From an uncultured Candidatus Saccharibacteria bacterium (GTDB taxonomy: Bacteria; Patescibacteriota; Saccharimonadia; Saccharimonadales; CAYZZS01): a stretch of 57,529 bases of DNA. The translations under genes and the position numbers were made by a program. The notes beneath the pieces are model-generated. The model made no database searches and was not told where the DNA came from. It was given only the letters and a program-made list of their open reading frames with translations. This document shows, piece by piece, positions 43,158 to 51,650 of this stretch. Within the stretch, counting starts at the first letter, position 1. Each line of letters starts with the position of its first letter. The DNA lies in the NCBI GenBank assembly GCA_964620175.1, contig CAZUIL010000004.1:1-57529 (forward strand), in the 5' to 3' direction.

Positions 43158-44633
43158 ATGGACTTCCTTGATCCGAAAAAGCAACGAGCACATACTATCC
43201 GGCTCTTTATCGGTTACATACTGGTAGCTATTGCTATCGGTATCGGCAGCTTGTTGCTGCTGTACCTTTCGTTTGGGTACGGGTTTGACCGCAAGACCGG
43301 CGAAGTCATACAAAACGGGCTGGTATTTGTTTCGAGCCGGCCGGCATCGGCAGCTATCTATATAAATGGCGAGCGCAATAATGCGCGGACCGACACGCGG
43401 CTTGTCTTGCCGGCCGGGGATTACGAGCTGGAACTGCGCGCCGACGGCTACCGCGGCTGGAAGCGGAGCTTTACGCTGGACGGCGGCGTCGTAGAGCGGT
43501 TTGCGTACCCGTTCCTTTTCCCGAATGAACTAGTACCAGAAGATATGCAGCTTTATGCCGACACCCCTGCCTTTGCGACACAGAGTCCGGACCGGCAGTG
43601 GCTGCTCGTGCAGCAGCCGGGTTCGCTGGGGACGTTTGACATGGTGAACCTTAACGCCCCGGACGAGGCGGTCCAAGCCGTTACGGTGCCGGATGGCGTG
43701 CTGACTGGCGCCGGTGCACAAAGCTGGCAGTTGGTCGAATGGTCAACAGATAACCGCCACGTGCTGCTTAAGCACCTGTTTGAGGGCGGCTTTGAATTTA
43801 TCCTGATAGACCGGGTAATGCCGGAAAACTCATTGAACATTAACTCTGCCTTTAGTGTTAGCCCGACTCAGGTGGTGCTGAGGGATAAGGCTTATGACAA
43901 GTATTACTTCTATGACGCTGCGGCACAGACGTTGCAGTCTGGTGACCTGAGGAACCGGACACTTGTGCCGGTGCTAAGCGGCGTTGCGGCGTATAAAACG
44001 CACGGCAGCGATGTGATTCTTTACGCCACTACCGAATCGGCCTCGCCTGAGAAAGTCAAAATCAACCTGCGGCAAGGCGCTGATACATACACGATCCGTG
44101 AACTGGCTGCCAGCGAGCTCTACCTGCTCGATGTCGCACGCTTTAATGGCGAGTGGTACGTCGCGGCCGGATCGGCCGGCGAAAACAAAGTGTATGTCTA
44201 CCGGGACGCTGTCGGGTTCATTAAACGTCAGCCCGACCGTTTGCCGGTACCGTCCGGTATCTTAAAAGTTGATAATCCAAGGCACCTTTCGTTTTCAGCT
44301 AACGCACGGTTCATCATGGCACACGGCAGCTCAAATGTCGGGGTGTATGACGCTGAGACAGTCCGTCACTACCATTATGCTCTTGGCATGGCGCTGCCGG
44401 CCGAGAAGCAGCTGACTTGGATGGATGGCCACCGCTTAACCGTAGTACATGAGGGCAAAGTCGAAGTGTTTGACTATGACGGCATTAATAGGCAAACCTT
44501 GCTGCAGTCCAACAATGCCTTTGTCCCCTACTTTGACCGTGACTATACCGCTATTTATACCATTGGACCATCGGCCGTTGTGCCGGGAAGATCTGCCCTG
44601 GTTCGTGCGCCGCTAACGGTGGAAGAGCAGTAG
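43158..44633 (+). CDS. PEGA domain protein with beta-propeller-like C-terminal region
   Basis: An N-terminal TM and a PEGA module (SSRPASAAIYINGE....T...LVLPAGDYELELRADGYRGWKRSF), followed by about 330 aa of beta-rich sequence. Confidence 0.6.
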   Translation: MDFLDPKKQRAHTIRLFIGYILVAIAIGIGSLLLLYLSFGYGFDRKTGEVIQNGLVFVSSRPASAAIYINGERNNARTDTRLVLPAGDYELELRADGYRGWKRSFTLDGGVVERFAYPFLFPNELVPEDMQLYADTPAFATQSPDRQWLLVQQPGSLGTFDMVNLNAPDEAVQAVTVPDGVLTGAGAQSWQLVEWSTDNRHVLLKHLFEGGFEFILIDRVMPENSLNINSAFSVSPTQVVLRDKAYDKYYFYDAAAQTLQSGDLRNRTLVPVLSGVAAYKTHGSDVILYATTESASPEKVKINLRQGADTYTIRELAASELYLLDVARFNGEWYVAAGSAGENKVYVYRDAVGFIKRQPDRLPVPSGILKVDNPRHLSFSANARFIMAHGSSNVGVYDAETVRHYHYALGMALPAEKQLTWMDGHRLTVVHEGKVEVFDYDGINRQTLLQSNNAFVPYFDRDYTAIYTIGPSAVVPGRSALVRAPLTVEEQ

Positions 44634-44637
44634 CCGG

Positions 44638-45894
44638 TTACGACGTAAGCCAACTTGTCAGGCGCTGCCAGAGCGATGGTGCGTTGCTTGGAACGATGGC
44701 AGGTTCCAGATCGGCCTCGATTGCCGTACTGGCGACGTTGGCAGCTGGGTCTGGGCTGATTTGCTCGCCGATTACCACTAGACGGTTAATTGTCGTTCCC
44801 GGTGGGTCGCAGGTAATGAGCGTAGCCGTAGCCGGTTTATCGGTGTTGCCCATAACCCATACGTCAGTCGGTTTGACTATTTTCTTGTCGTATACCCTAT
44901 AGACGTAACGTTTACCGCCTTTGGTTAAGTAGAAGGTGTCTCCTGCTTCCAGCCGGCTGAGGAGCACAAAAGCGAACTTGTACTGGCCCCGGTTAAAAAT
45001 GTTATTGCTGGAGTGGCCGAAAATCACCGCGTTTCCCTGTTCTCCTGGTGAAGGTGTTGTCGCGTAGTGCACCACTCCCCGCTCCAGCGCGTTTTGGATT
45101 GCTTTTTCCTCAACTGACGGCTCGTCGTACACCACAGGGATCTCAACATTGATCTTCGGGATTATTATCTTCGGTACCGTGTCTACCACGGCGCTGTTAG
45201 GGTCAATGATTATCGGCGTACTGCTGACGTTTTTGCTTGGCGTAATGAATGGCGCGATAAAGCGCTCGTTAAAAAAGCCGAAAAGCAAGATGGCAATCGC
45301 AACCACGCCGATACCGAGGCCAAACAGTAATGACTGGGCATGCTGCTTGCGGCTGAGTTTTCCCCGTTTCTCAACGCGCCGTACGAGCTGATGTTTGATC
45401 TGGTCGGCTGTCCGGCGAGTAGTCCGGTGCGCTGCCCGTACCTTTGGCGTAACGGATACAGCGGATCGGTGCGCTGCCGGTTGGGCAGGGCTCTGCGGTT
45501 CCGGCGCGGCAGCCGGCCGGTGCTCATGCTCCGACAAACGGGAATGGTTGCGGTAGAACTCCTGCCAGACTTCGTGCTTCTCATTGTCTGGCAAGCCCTG
45601 GTAATACTCATGCCACTTTGTCTGGATTTCAGCGAGCGGCATCCCGGAAGTGCTCAGTTTTTGCATAAATTCCTGGTGTTTGCTGCGCCGTCCCGGTGTG
45701 TGCTTGATTTCTTCGATTTCCTCTGATGCCGGTGGTTCGGCGGCATACAAGGCATCAAGTTTTTTGCGAATTACCTCAATGGCCGCCTGCTGGTCGTTGG
45801 CATCAGTGTTTTCGGGCGGCTTGATAGCACCCTTCTTTTTCGAAGGCAGCGCGTATTGTTTGGCACCGGTGTCTTGAATATCGTCTGGATACAT
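44638..45894 (-). CDS. sortase-family transpeptidase with long charged N-terminal extension
   Basis: The start is set at ATG 45894 because the longer ORF would run through tRNA-Leu. One TM is present (LLFGLGIGVVAIAILLFGFF). The sortase motifs are AVIFGHS (His) and ATLITCDPPGT (TLxTC Cys). Confidence 0.7.
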   Translation of the reverse strand: MYPDDIQDTGAKQYALPSKKKGAIKPPENTDANDQQAAIEVIRKKLDALYAAEPPASEEIEEIKHTPGRRSKHQEFMQKLSTSGMPLAEIQTKWHEYYQGLPDNEKHEVWQEFYRNHSRLSEHEHRPAAAPEPQSPAQPAAHRSAVSVTPKVRAAHRTTRRTADQIKHQLVRRVEKRGKLSRKQHAQSLLFGLGIGVVAIAILLFGFFNERFIAPFITPSKNVSSTPIIIDPNSAVVDTVPKIIIPKINVEIPVVYDEPSVEEKAIQNALERGVVHYATTPSPGEQGNAVIFGHSSNNIFNRGQYKFAFVLLSRLEAGDTFYLTKGGKRYVYRVYDKKIVKPTDVWVMGNTDKPATATLITCDPPGTTINRLVVIGEQISPDPAANVASTAIEADLEPAIVPSNAPSLWQRLTSWLTS

Positions 45895-46024
45895 TGCGTG
45901 ACTAGCTGGATTCGCTAGCTCCCTGGGAGTAAGTATAGTACAATATACCCCTGTAGCATACTTGTTTAAGCATGGCGTTTCAGCTGTCTTGGTATGGGTA
46001 ATTAATAACGGTAGCTGCTTCAAT

Positions 46025-46111
46025 GGCGCGGTGGCGGAACTGGTAGACGCGCCGGACTCAAAATCCGGTGGTAGCAATGCCATGTGGGTTCGAGTCCCAC
46101 CCGCGCCACCA
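46025..46111 (+). tRNA. tRNA-Leu (anticodon CAA), long variable arm, CCA encoded
   Basis: Acceptor GGCGCGG/CCGCGCC, anticodon stem CCGGA/TCCGG with loop CT-CAA-AA, T-arm GTGGG-TTCGAGT-CCCAC. Confidence 0.95.
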
Positions 46112-46169
46112 TCAAGAAAAACCCTTCAATTTTGCAATTATGCTAGTGATTCCCCAGCTCGATTGACTG

Positions 46170-46949
46170 CTAGGCGGTCTTTCTTAGGCTGACACGATAT
46201 GATTTTTCTTCTTGATGAGCCTTGTCGACCTTGGTGATAACAGTTTCAAAAGCTGGCCGTAAAACAGGTAAATCATTGTTGGCGACCGCTTCTAGCAGCT
46301 GTCCAGCTGCTGATGAGCCGCGCCTGCTGGACACGAGCTCAACTGGACTGATGACGGCAATACCAGGCTTATAGCTATTGATAGTGCCACGGGATGGCAG
46401 CGATGTTTTTACCTGAATTGGACGTTTGCCTGACTTGGTACTGTTCATTCGTAGCACTATATCGACGCCGTTTCTCATGCCTAACAGCGTCCCCCGATCA
46501 TGTCGGCTATCTGTTAAAAGCGCATAGCTGTCTTCTGACAGATAGCCATTGGCAATGCCCCACCACAGTAGTGAAAGCACACTGATTTCACTGATTTTGC
46601 CCACCAGGTGCGGATTGCCGGTGCGGTCTAATTTGCGGTCCATGATGTGACGATCGAGTAACTGCAAATTACCAGAAACTTGTTCTGCGACTGCTAAGGA
46701 ATGTTTTTTGCTGGCGGCTAGCGTTGCAATACTCGGCACACACGCGAGCATGGTAGCGTTATAGAGCATATTGTGGTTTTGGGTGTCGTCCCCTTCCCAA
46801 TCAGTTAACAACATGCGCCCTATGATATGGGATGACTGCTGTAATCGTTCGGTGCGCTGAACCGTGTTTTGTCCTTCGCTGGCGAAAGCTATATTCCATA
46901 GCTCATCACCGAATGTTGCAAATTCGTTATGAGGATGTGCTGAGGCCAT
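46170..46949 (-). CDS. hypothetical protein, possible PD-(D/E)xK (DUF4365/Mrr-like) nuclease fold in the C-terminal half
   Basis: GKISEISVLSLL ... NGVDIVLRMNSTKSGKRPIQVKTS fits an E...D...(Q)xK arrangement. The assignment is weak and rests on motifs only. Confidence 0.4.
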   Translation of the reverse strand: MASAHPHNEFATFGDELWNIAFASEGQNTVQRTERLQQSSHIIGRMLLTDWEGDDTQNHNMLYNATMLACVPSIATLAASKKHSLAVAEQVSGNLQLLDRHIMDRKLDRTGNPHLVGKISEISVLSLLWWGIANGYLSEDSYALLTDSRHDRGTLLGMRNGVDIVLRMNSTKSGKRPIQVKTSLPSRGTINSYKPGIAVISPVELVSSRRGSSAAGQLLEAVANNDLPVLRPAFETVITKVDKAHQEEKSYRVSLRKTA

Positions 46950-46987
46950 TTAATATATTATATAATTTTTTAGGTAATTATAAATTG

Positions 46988-47773
46988 CTACTCATCAGTG
47001 GGTGGCAAAATTGCGGTGGCGAGGGCTTCAAACGGTTTTGATGGATGTTGCAGCTCCCAGACGCAGCAGCGGGCGGCGGTCCTTACCCGCCAAATAGCTT
47101 CGTCTTCTGTGTTGGGTGCCGCGCACGACCGGCCGCCATGGGCGACAATCAAATGCTGGGCGTGCTGGACAACAAGGCTGCACGGGTATTCAGTGGTTAG
47201 CGCCTCCAGGCTTGCAGCGAGCTTCATCAGGTCCATACTAAAGGTAATTGGCGACAGGAATTTTGCGGCCAGGCATAGCTTCTGCAGTTGGGCAATGGAG
47301 AGGACAATCGTTGTTGCCGGCCGTCCAAGGACGGTCTTTGGGGACGTGTAAAAGTAGTCAACGCTGTCTTTCGTAAGGGTGATGATACCCGGCGTCTTTT
47401 GCAAAAATTGCTCAAGCGTTACCGCCGTTTCTGAGTTGCGGCCTAAGTCCCCGGCGAGGAGTACCCCGTCTGCCCAGGCTGCATGGTCGAGCATTTCAGC
47501 GAGCGCCTGCTTGCTGAAGCTGCCGCTTGGCGTGCTAGGGGCATACTCACCGTTTTCCAGTACGCTGCCCACTGTGGCCTTTAAAGCGTCCGGCAACAGT
47601 ACTTTTGCCGTGCCGATGCCTGCTTCCACACTCAACTTGTATGCTTCGGCAGGCGCGGCAAAGCCGTGCAGGTTGCCGCCAATTATCAGCAGCTTGCCGG
47701 CCAGGCGGCGGTTTTCCGGCCGGCTCCACAAAAGTTCCGGGAACAATGGTGCGGTTGGGTCTTGGCGTAACAT
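46988..47773 (-). CDS. YjeF C-terminal-like (NAD(P)HX dehydratase/carbohydrate kinase fold) protein, divergent
   Basis: LLIIGGNLHGFAAPAEAYKLSVEAGIGTAKVLLPDAL resembles the NnrD N-terminal region. I do not see the C-terminal GxGD.L.G motif. Confidence 0.4.
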   Translation of the reverse strand: MLRQDPTAPLFPELLWSRPENRRLAGKLLIIGGNLHGFAAPAEAYKLSVEAGIGTAKVLLPDALKATVGSVLENGEYAPSTPSGSFSKQALAEMLDHAAWADGVLLAGDLGRNSETAVTLEQFLQKTPGIITLTKDSVDYFYTSPKTVLGRPATTIVLSIAQLQKLCLAAKFLSPITFSMDLMKLAASLEALTTEYPCSLVVQHAQHLIVAHGGRSCAAPNTEDEAIWRVRTAARCCVWELQHPSKPFEALATAILPPTDE

Positions 47774-47777
47774 GGAT

Positions 47778-48578
47778 TTATATATCGAGCACTATGCTAA
47801 CCGGACAGTGGTCCGACCCCATGATGTCAGGGTGGATGGCGGCGTCTTTTACCTTGGAACGCAAGCTGTCGGAGACCAAGATGTAATCGATGCGCCAGCC
47901 GACGTTCCGGGCACGCGCGTTCGCCCAGTGTGTCCACCAGGTATAGTAGCCGTTACCCTGTTTGAATAGCCTGAAGGTATCAACGAAGCCGGCGTCGATA
48001 AATTTCTGGAAGCCTTCCCGCTCCTCGTCCGTAAAGCCTTTTTTGCCGACATTTTCTTTTGGCCTCGCCAGGTCGTCTTCGGTATGGGCAACGTTTAAGT
48101 CGCCGCAAAACACGACGGGTTTCTGCTGCTCGAGCTGTTTAACGTAAGCCAGGAAAGCGGGATCCCACTGTTTGTGCCGCAGCGGTACGCGGCTGAGGTC
48201 ATCTTTGGCGTTTGGGGTATAGACAGTGGTAACGAAAAATTCTTTGTATTCGGCGGTAATTACCCTGCCTTCACGGTTCGGGTCGCCGTAGCTGTCGGCA
48301 GCCAGGCCGTATTCGTTAATAATAGCTTCCGGCAGGCCGTTGATTACTGACACCGGCTTGGCTTTGGTAAAGATCGCCGTACCTGAATATCCCTTCTTTT
48401 CCGCTGAGTTCCAATATTCGGTGTAGCCAGGCAAATCGACTTCCGATTGGTGTCGCTCGGCTTTCGTTTCCTGCAAGCATAGGATGTCCGGCTGGTGTTT
48501 CTCAACAAACGGAACTAAGAGGTTTTTTCTGTGGACGGCGCGAATGCCGTTCACATTCCAAGAGTAGAGCTTGATCAT
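47778..48578 (-). CDS. xth: exodeoxyribonuclease III
   Basis: From ATG 48578 the protein reads MIKLYSWNVNGIRA...DILCLQETK...GDLNVAH...WRIDYILVS...SDHCPV. Confidence 0.9.
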   Translation of the reverse strand: MIKLYSWNVNGIRAVHRKNLLVPFVEKHQPDILCLQETKAERHQSEVDLPGYTEYWNSAEKKGYSGTAIFTKAKPVSVINGLPEAIINEYGLAADSYGDPNREGRVITAEYKEFFVTTVYTPNAKDDLSRVPLRHKQWDPAFLAYVKQLEQQKPVVFCGDLNVAHTEDDLARPKENVGKKGFTDEEREGFQKFIDAGFVDTFRLFKQGNGYYTWWTHWANARARNVGWRIDYILVSDSLRSKVKDAAIHPDIMGSDHCPVSIVLDI

Positions 48579-48635
48579 GCCATAAGTATAGCTGCCGCAA
48601 TTGCGCTGTGCCAGCATCAGGTTTTAATAAGCAAT

Positions 48636-48668
48636 AAAAAGAGACCCATGAAACATAGGTCTCTTTTT
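48636..48668 (-). terminator. intrinsic terminator downstream of the pilin gene (bidirectional shape)
   Basis: AAAAA-GAGACC (48641-48646), an 11-nt loop, and GGTCTC (48658-48663)-TTTTT. Confidence 0.7.
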
Positions 48669-48682
48669 GTGGTATGCGGACT

Positions 48683-49138
48683 TTAGTTCAAATTCTTCTT
48701 CTCAAACGTCCCGCTGCCCTCGTAAGTTGCCGTCAGGGTATAGACGGCACAGTCATTGGTTGAGTTGTCACAGGCTGTGGTCCCGTCAGCTGCAAACACA
48801 GCGTAGGAGTAAGTGTTGGCTGCCGCCGTAGCCGCTAAGCTAGCGCTGCTTCCCTTTGGATCCTCCAGTGCTTCACTGTCAAGCCCCTTCATGTTGGCTG
48901 CCCGCCAGGTTGCATCATTGATGTTGTCCCGTGTCGGGTACTTGCCATGCTGGGCATAGTAGGCTTCCACCTGCCCATGGATAGCTTTAATGTCAGTTTG
49001 CCGTTCAGTATTCCGGGCTTTCTGTTGGATACCGGTAAAGGTTGTCACAACCAGTGCCGCTAAGATACCGATAACGACGATGACAATAAGCAGCTCCACG
49101 ATAGTGAAACCGCGTTGGTTAGCTTTGTTGACTTGCAT
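48683..49138 (-). CDS. type IV pilin / pseudopilin
   Basis: Class III signal peptide and N-methylation site: MQVNKANQRG-FTIVELLIVIVVIGILAALV. Confidence 0.85.
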   Translation of the reverse strand: MQVNKANQRGFTIVELLIVIVVIGILAALVVTTFTGIQQKARNTERQTDIKAIHGQVEAYYAQHGKYPTRDNINDATWRAANMKGLDSEALEDPKGSSASLAATAAANTYSYAVFAADGTTACDNSTNDCAVYTLTATYEGSGTFEKKNLN

Positions 49139-49253
49139 AAAGAGTTCCCACCCTTTCTTTGGTGTGTTTAATGTTGTGTAATCACAAGCACAGCATATCT
49201 AAGTCTACAGATAAACACAAGCATTAATTGCTGAAAAACTCAATCTAATAACT

Positions 49254-49345
49254 TGGCGGAAGAGGCGGGATTCGAACCCGCGATACGCCTTGCGGCGCAT
49301 ACACGCTTTCCAAGCGTGCTCCTTCAACCACTCGGACACTCTTCC
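49254..49345 (-). tRNA. tRNA-Ser (anticodon GGA), long variable arm, CCA encoded
   Basis: The reverse complement folds with acceptor GGAAGAG/CTCTTCC, anticodon stem CACGC/GCGTG with loop TT-GGA-AA, and T-arm GCGGG-TTCGAAT-CCCGC. Confidence 0.95.
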
Positions 49346-49428
49346 TTGGCATGCGTGCTGATTATACCGAAAAATACTACATTTTACACCTTGTCTAACA
49401 GATGTTTTACAGCGTAAACTAAGGTTAC

Positions 49429-50301
49429 ATGACCATAATTGAGCTTGAGGAAGTCAGCAAGTTGTATGGCTTTGGCGATGCCACGACTGTCGCTCTGGAC
49501 GAAGTGACACTGAACGTCAGCCAGGGCGAGTTCGTTGCTGTTATGGGGCCGAGCGGCTGCGGTAAGTCGACGCTGATGAATATCATCGGGCTGCTGGATC
49601 GGCCGACGCATGGCAATTATAAGCTGAACGGCCGCATGGTCACTAAGCTGCGTTCCAGCCAACGGGCCAAATTCCGCCGCGACAAGATCGGCTTTGTCTT
49701 TCAATCGTTCAACCTCTTGCCGCGCCTGAGTGTTTGGGAAAACGTTGCCTTGCCGCTTGCGTATAGGGGCATGTCGCTTGGACGTCGACGCAAATACGCG
49801 TTCGATATGCTGGAACGGGTTGGGCTTGGCGACCGTACGTACTATATGCCGCGCCACCTGAGCGGCGGACAGATGCAGCGGGTAGCTATTGCCCGGGCGC
49901 TCATTAATAATCCGAGCATCATCATTGCTGACGAGCCTACTGGCAACCTTGACAGCGCCTCAAGCCGGCTCGTCATGGAGCTGCTCAGCGAAATTCATCA
50001 AAACGGCAATACCATACTCATTGTTACCCACAACCCTGAGCTTACACGCTACGCCAACCGCGTGGTGTACATGCGTGACGGCACGATTATCCATGACGAG
50101 GCTTCGGCTATCGGCCAGGTGGCGCCGAAGGCCCGCAGTATGCAAATAACGCTGCCAAAGAAAAATGAAGAAGACGATTTGGCCGGTGTTTCAGCGCTCA
50201 TGAAAGCTATTCCGAAAGACGAGACGCCGGCTAAGCGCAAAACGGCGAAGAAGCCAAAGCCAAAAAAACCACGTCAGCGTAAACGGAAGCTTAAACGATG
50301 A
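49429..50301 (+). CDS. ABC transporter ATP-binding protein (MacB/LolD-type) with Lys-rich C-terminal tail
   Basis: Walker [10 protein letters not shown], signature LSGGQMQR and Walker B IIIADEPT. The tail reads [22 protein letters not shown]. Confidence 0.9.
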   Translation: MTIIELEEVSKLYGFGDATTVALDEVTLNVSQGEFVAVMGPSGCGKSTLMNIIGLLDRPTHGNYKLNGRMVTKLRSSQRAKFRRDKIGFVFQSFNLLPRLSVWENVALPLAYRGMSLGRRRKYAFDMLERVGLGDRTYYMPRHLSGGQMQRVAIARALINNPSIIIADEPTGNLDSASSRLVMELLSEIHQNGNTILIVTHNPELTRYANRVVYMRDGTIIHDEASAIGQVAPKARSMQITLPKKNEEDDLAGVSALMKAIPKDETPAKRKTAKKPKPKKPRQRKRKLKR

Positions 50302-51530
50302 CTTCGCTTGCGCACGGCAATATTAAGATGGCAGTCAGCTCTCTGCGCAGCTCGAAATGGCGCAGCTTCCTTACCATGCTCGGCATCATCATCGGTATTG
50401 TCTCGGTTGTCACTACCATAAGCCTGGGCGAAGGTTTGAAGCGGCAGATGTCACAGCAGGTATCGGAGCTTGGCCAAGACCTTATTACGGTAGTCCCCGG
50501 ACAATTCCCGGGCGAGCAGCCAACCAGCCTGTCTAATTTCCGTCTGTCGCGGGCGACGATTACCAGCACGCTCACCGAAAAGGATATCCCTGCCATTACC
50601 GCCCTGCCGAATGTTAAGGCCGCCGCGCCCTTAAGCTTCATTACATTTAATGCCAGTTATGAAGGCAGGCAGTTAGCGGGTGTAGAAACTATTGCGACAC
50701 ATCCTGCCATGGGGCAAATTCTGGGTGACAAGGTGCAGTACGGCAGCTTTTTTGGCGAAAGCGATACCAACAAGCATGTCGCTATCATCGGCAAACGGGT
50801 TGCTGAGCGGTTATTCAGAGAGAACGTCCCGATGGGCAAGATCTTTACCTTAGGGGGCGAAGAATACATTGTCCGCGGCGTGCTGGCTGAATTTAACGGC
50901 AGCCCGCTCAGCCTGGGCACCGACTTCAACAACACGATTATCATTCCATTCGAGACTGCAAAGCACCAAATTGGCAGCGTACCGCAAATACGGGAAATAC
51001 TGGTAGCCCAGAATCTGCCTAGTGAGACGCCGCAAACTATTGCAGCGGTGTCGCAGTCACTGTTGGCAGCGCATGCCGGCCAAGAGGACTTTACCGTTTT
51101 GCCACAGCGGGACACTGTAGCAGTGTTTAGCGAAGTGCTGGACGTATTGACAGTGACGGTGGCGGCGATTGCCGGCATATCGCTTTTCGTGGCGGGCATC
51201 GGCATTATGAACATCATGCTCGTATCAGTCGCCGAAAGGACGCACGAAATCGGCGTGAGAAAGGCGGTCGGTGCGAACAACCGCCAAATACGCGGCCAGT
51301 TTTTAGTCGAAGCCGTTATGCTGAGCCTGGTCGGCGGTATCATTGGCATCACTTTCTCGATGATTGTCGTGTATTTTATCCGCGTACTTACTGACCTGCA
51401 GCCGGTGGTTACGTGGCCGTCGATTGCGTTGGCCGGCGGCATATCGCTGATCATTGGTACGTTTTTCGGTATCGTGCCGGCTGCGATTGCCGCGCGTAAA
51501 GACCCTATTGAAGCCCTGCGGCACGAATAG
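50298..51530 (+). CDS. ABC transporter permease (MacB-like, FtsX domain)
   Basis: The ATGA start/stop overlap with the ATPase gene suggests translational coupling. An N-terminal TM and a large extracytoplasmic domain are followed by a C-terminal FtsX-type 3-TM bundle. Confidence 0.85.
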   Translation: MTSLAHGNIKMAVSSLRSSKWRSFLTMLGIIIGIVSVVTTISLGEGLKRQMSQQVSELGQDLITVVPGQFPGEQPTSLSNFRLSRATITSTLTEKDIPAITALPNVKAAAPLSFITFNASYEGRQLAGVETIATHPAMGQILGDKVQYGSFFGESDTNKHVAIIGKRVAERLFRENVPMGKIFTLGGEEYIVRGVLAEFNGSPLSLGTDFNNTIIIPFETAKHQIGSVPQIREILVAQNLPSETPQTIAAVSQSLLAAHAGQEDFTVLPQRDTVAVFSEVLDVLTVTVAAIAGISLFVAGIGIMNIMLVSVAERTHEIGVRKAVGANNRQIRGQFLVEAVMLSLVGGIIGITFSMIVVYFIRVLTDLQPVVTWPSIALAGGISLIIGTFFGIVPAAIAARKDPIEALRHE

Positions 51531-51650
51531 CCCGTCACGTTTAAGCCATAAATCCACAACTTGGTTATGTTTTTATTTGTTTTATCAATAGCACAGTGTA
51601 ATAATAGCTTTAACATTACTATTTAAAACCTTAAATACGGTAGTAAAGCC

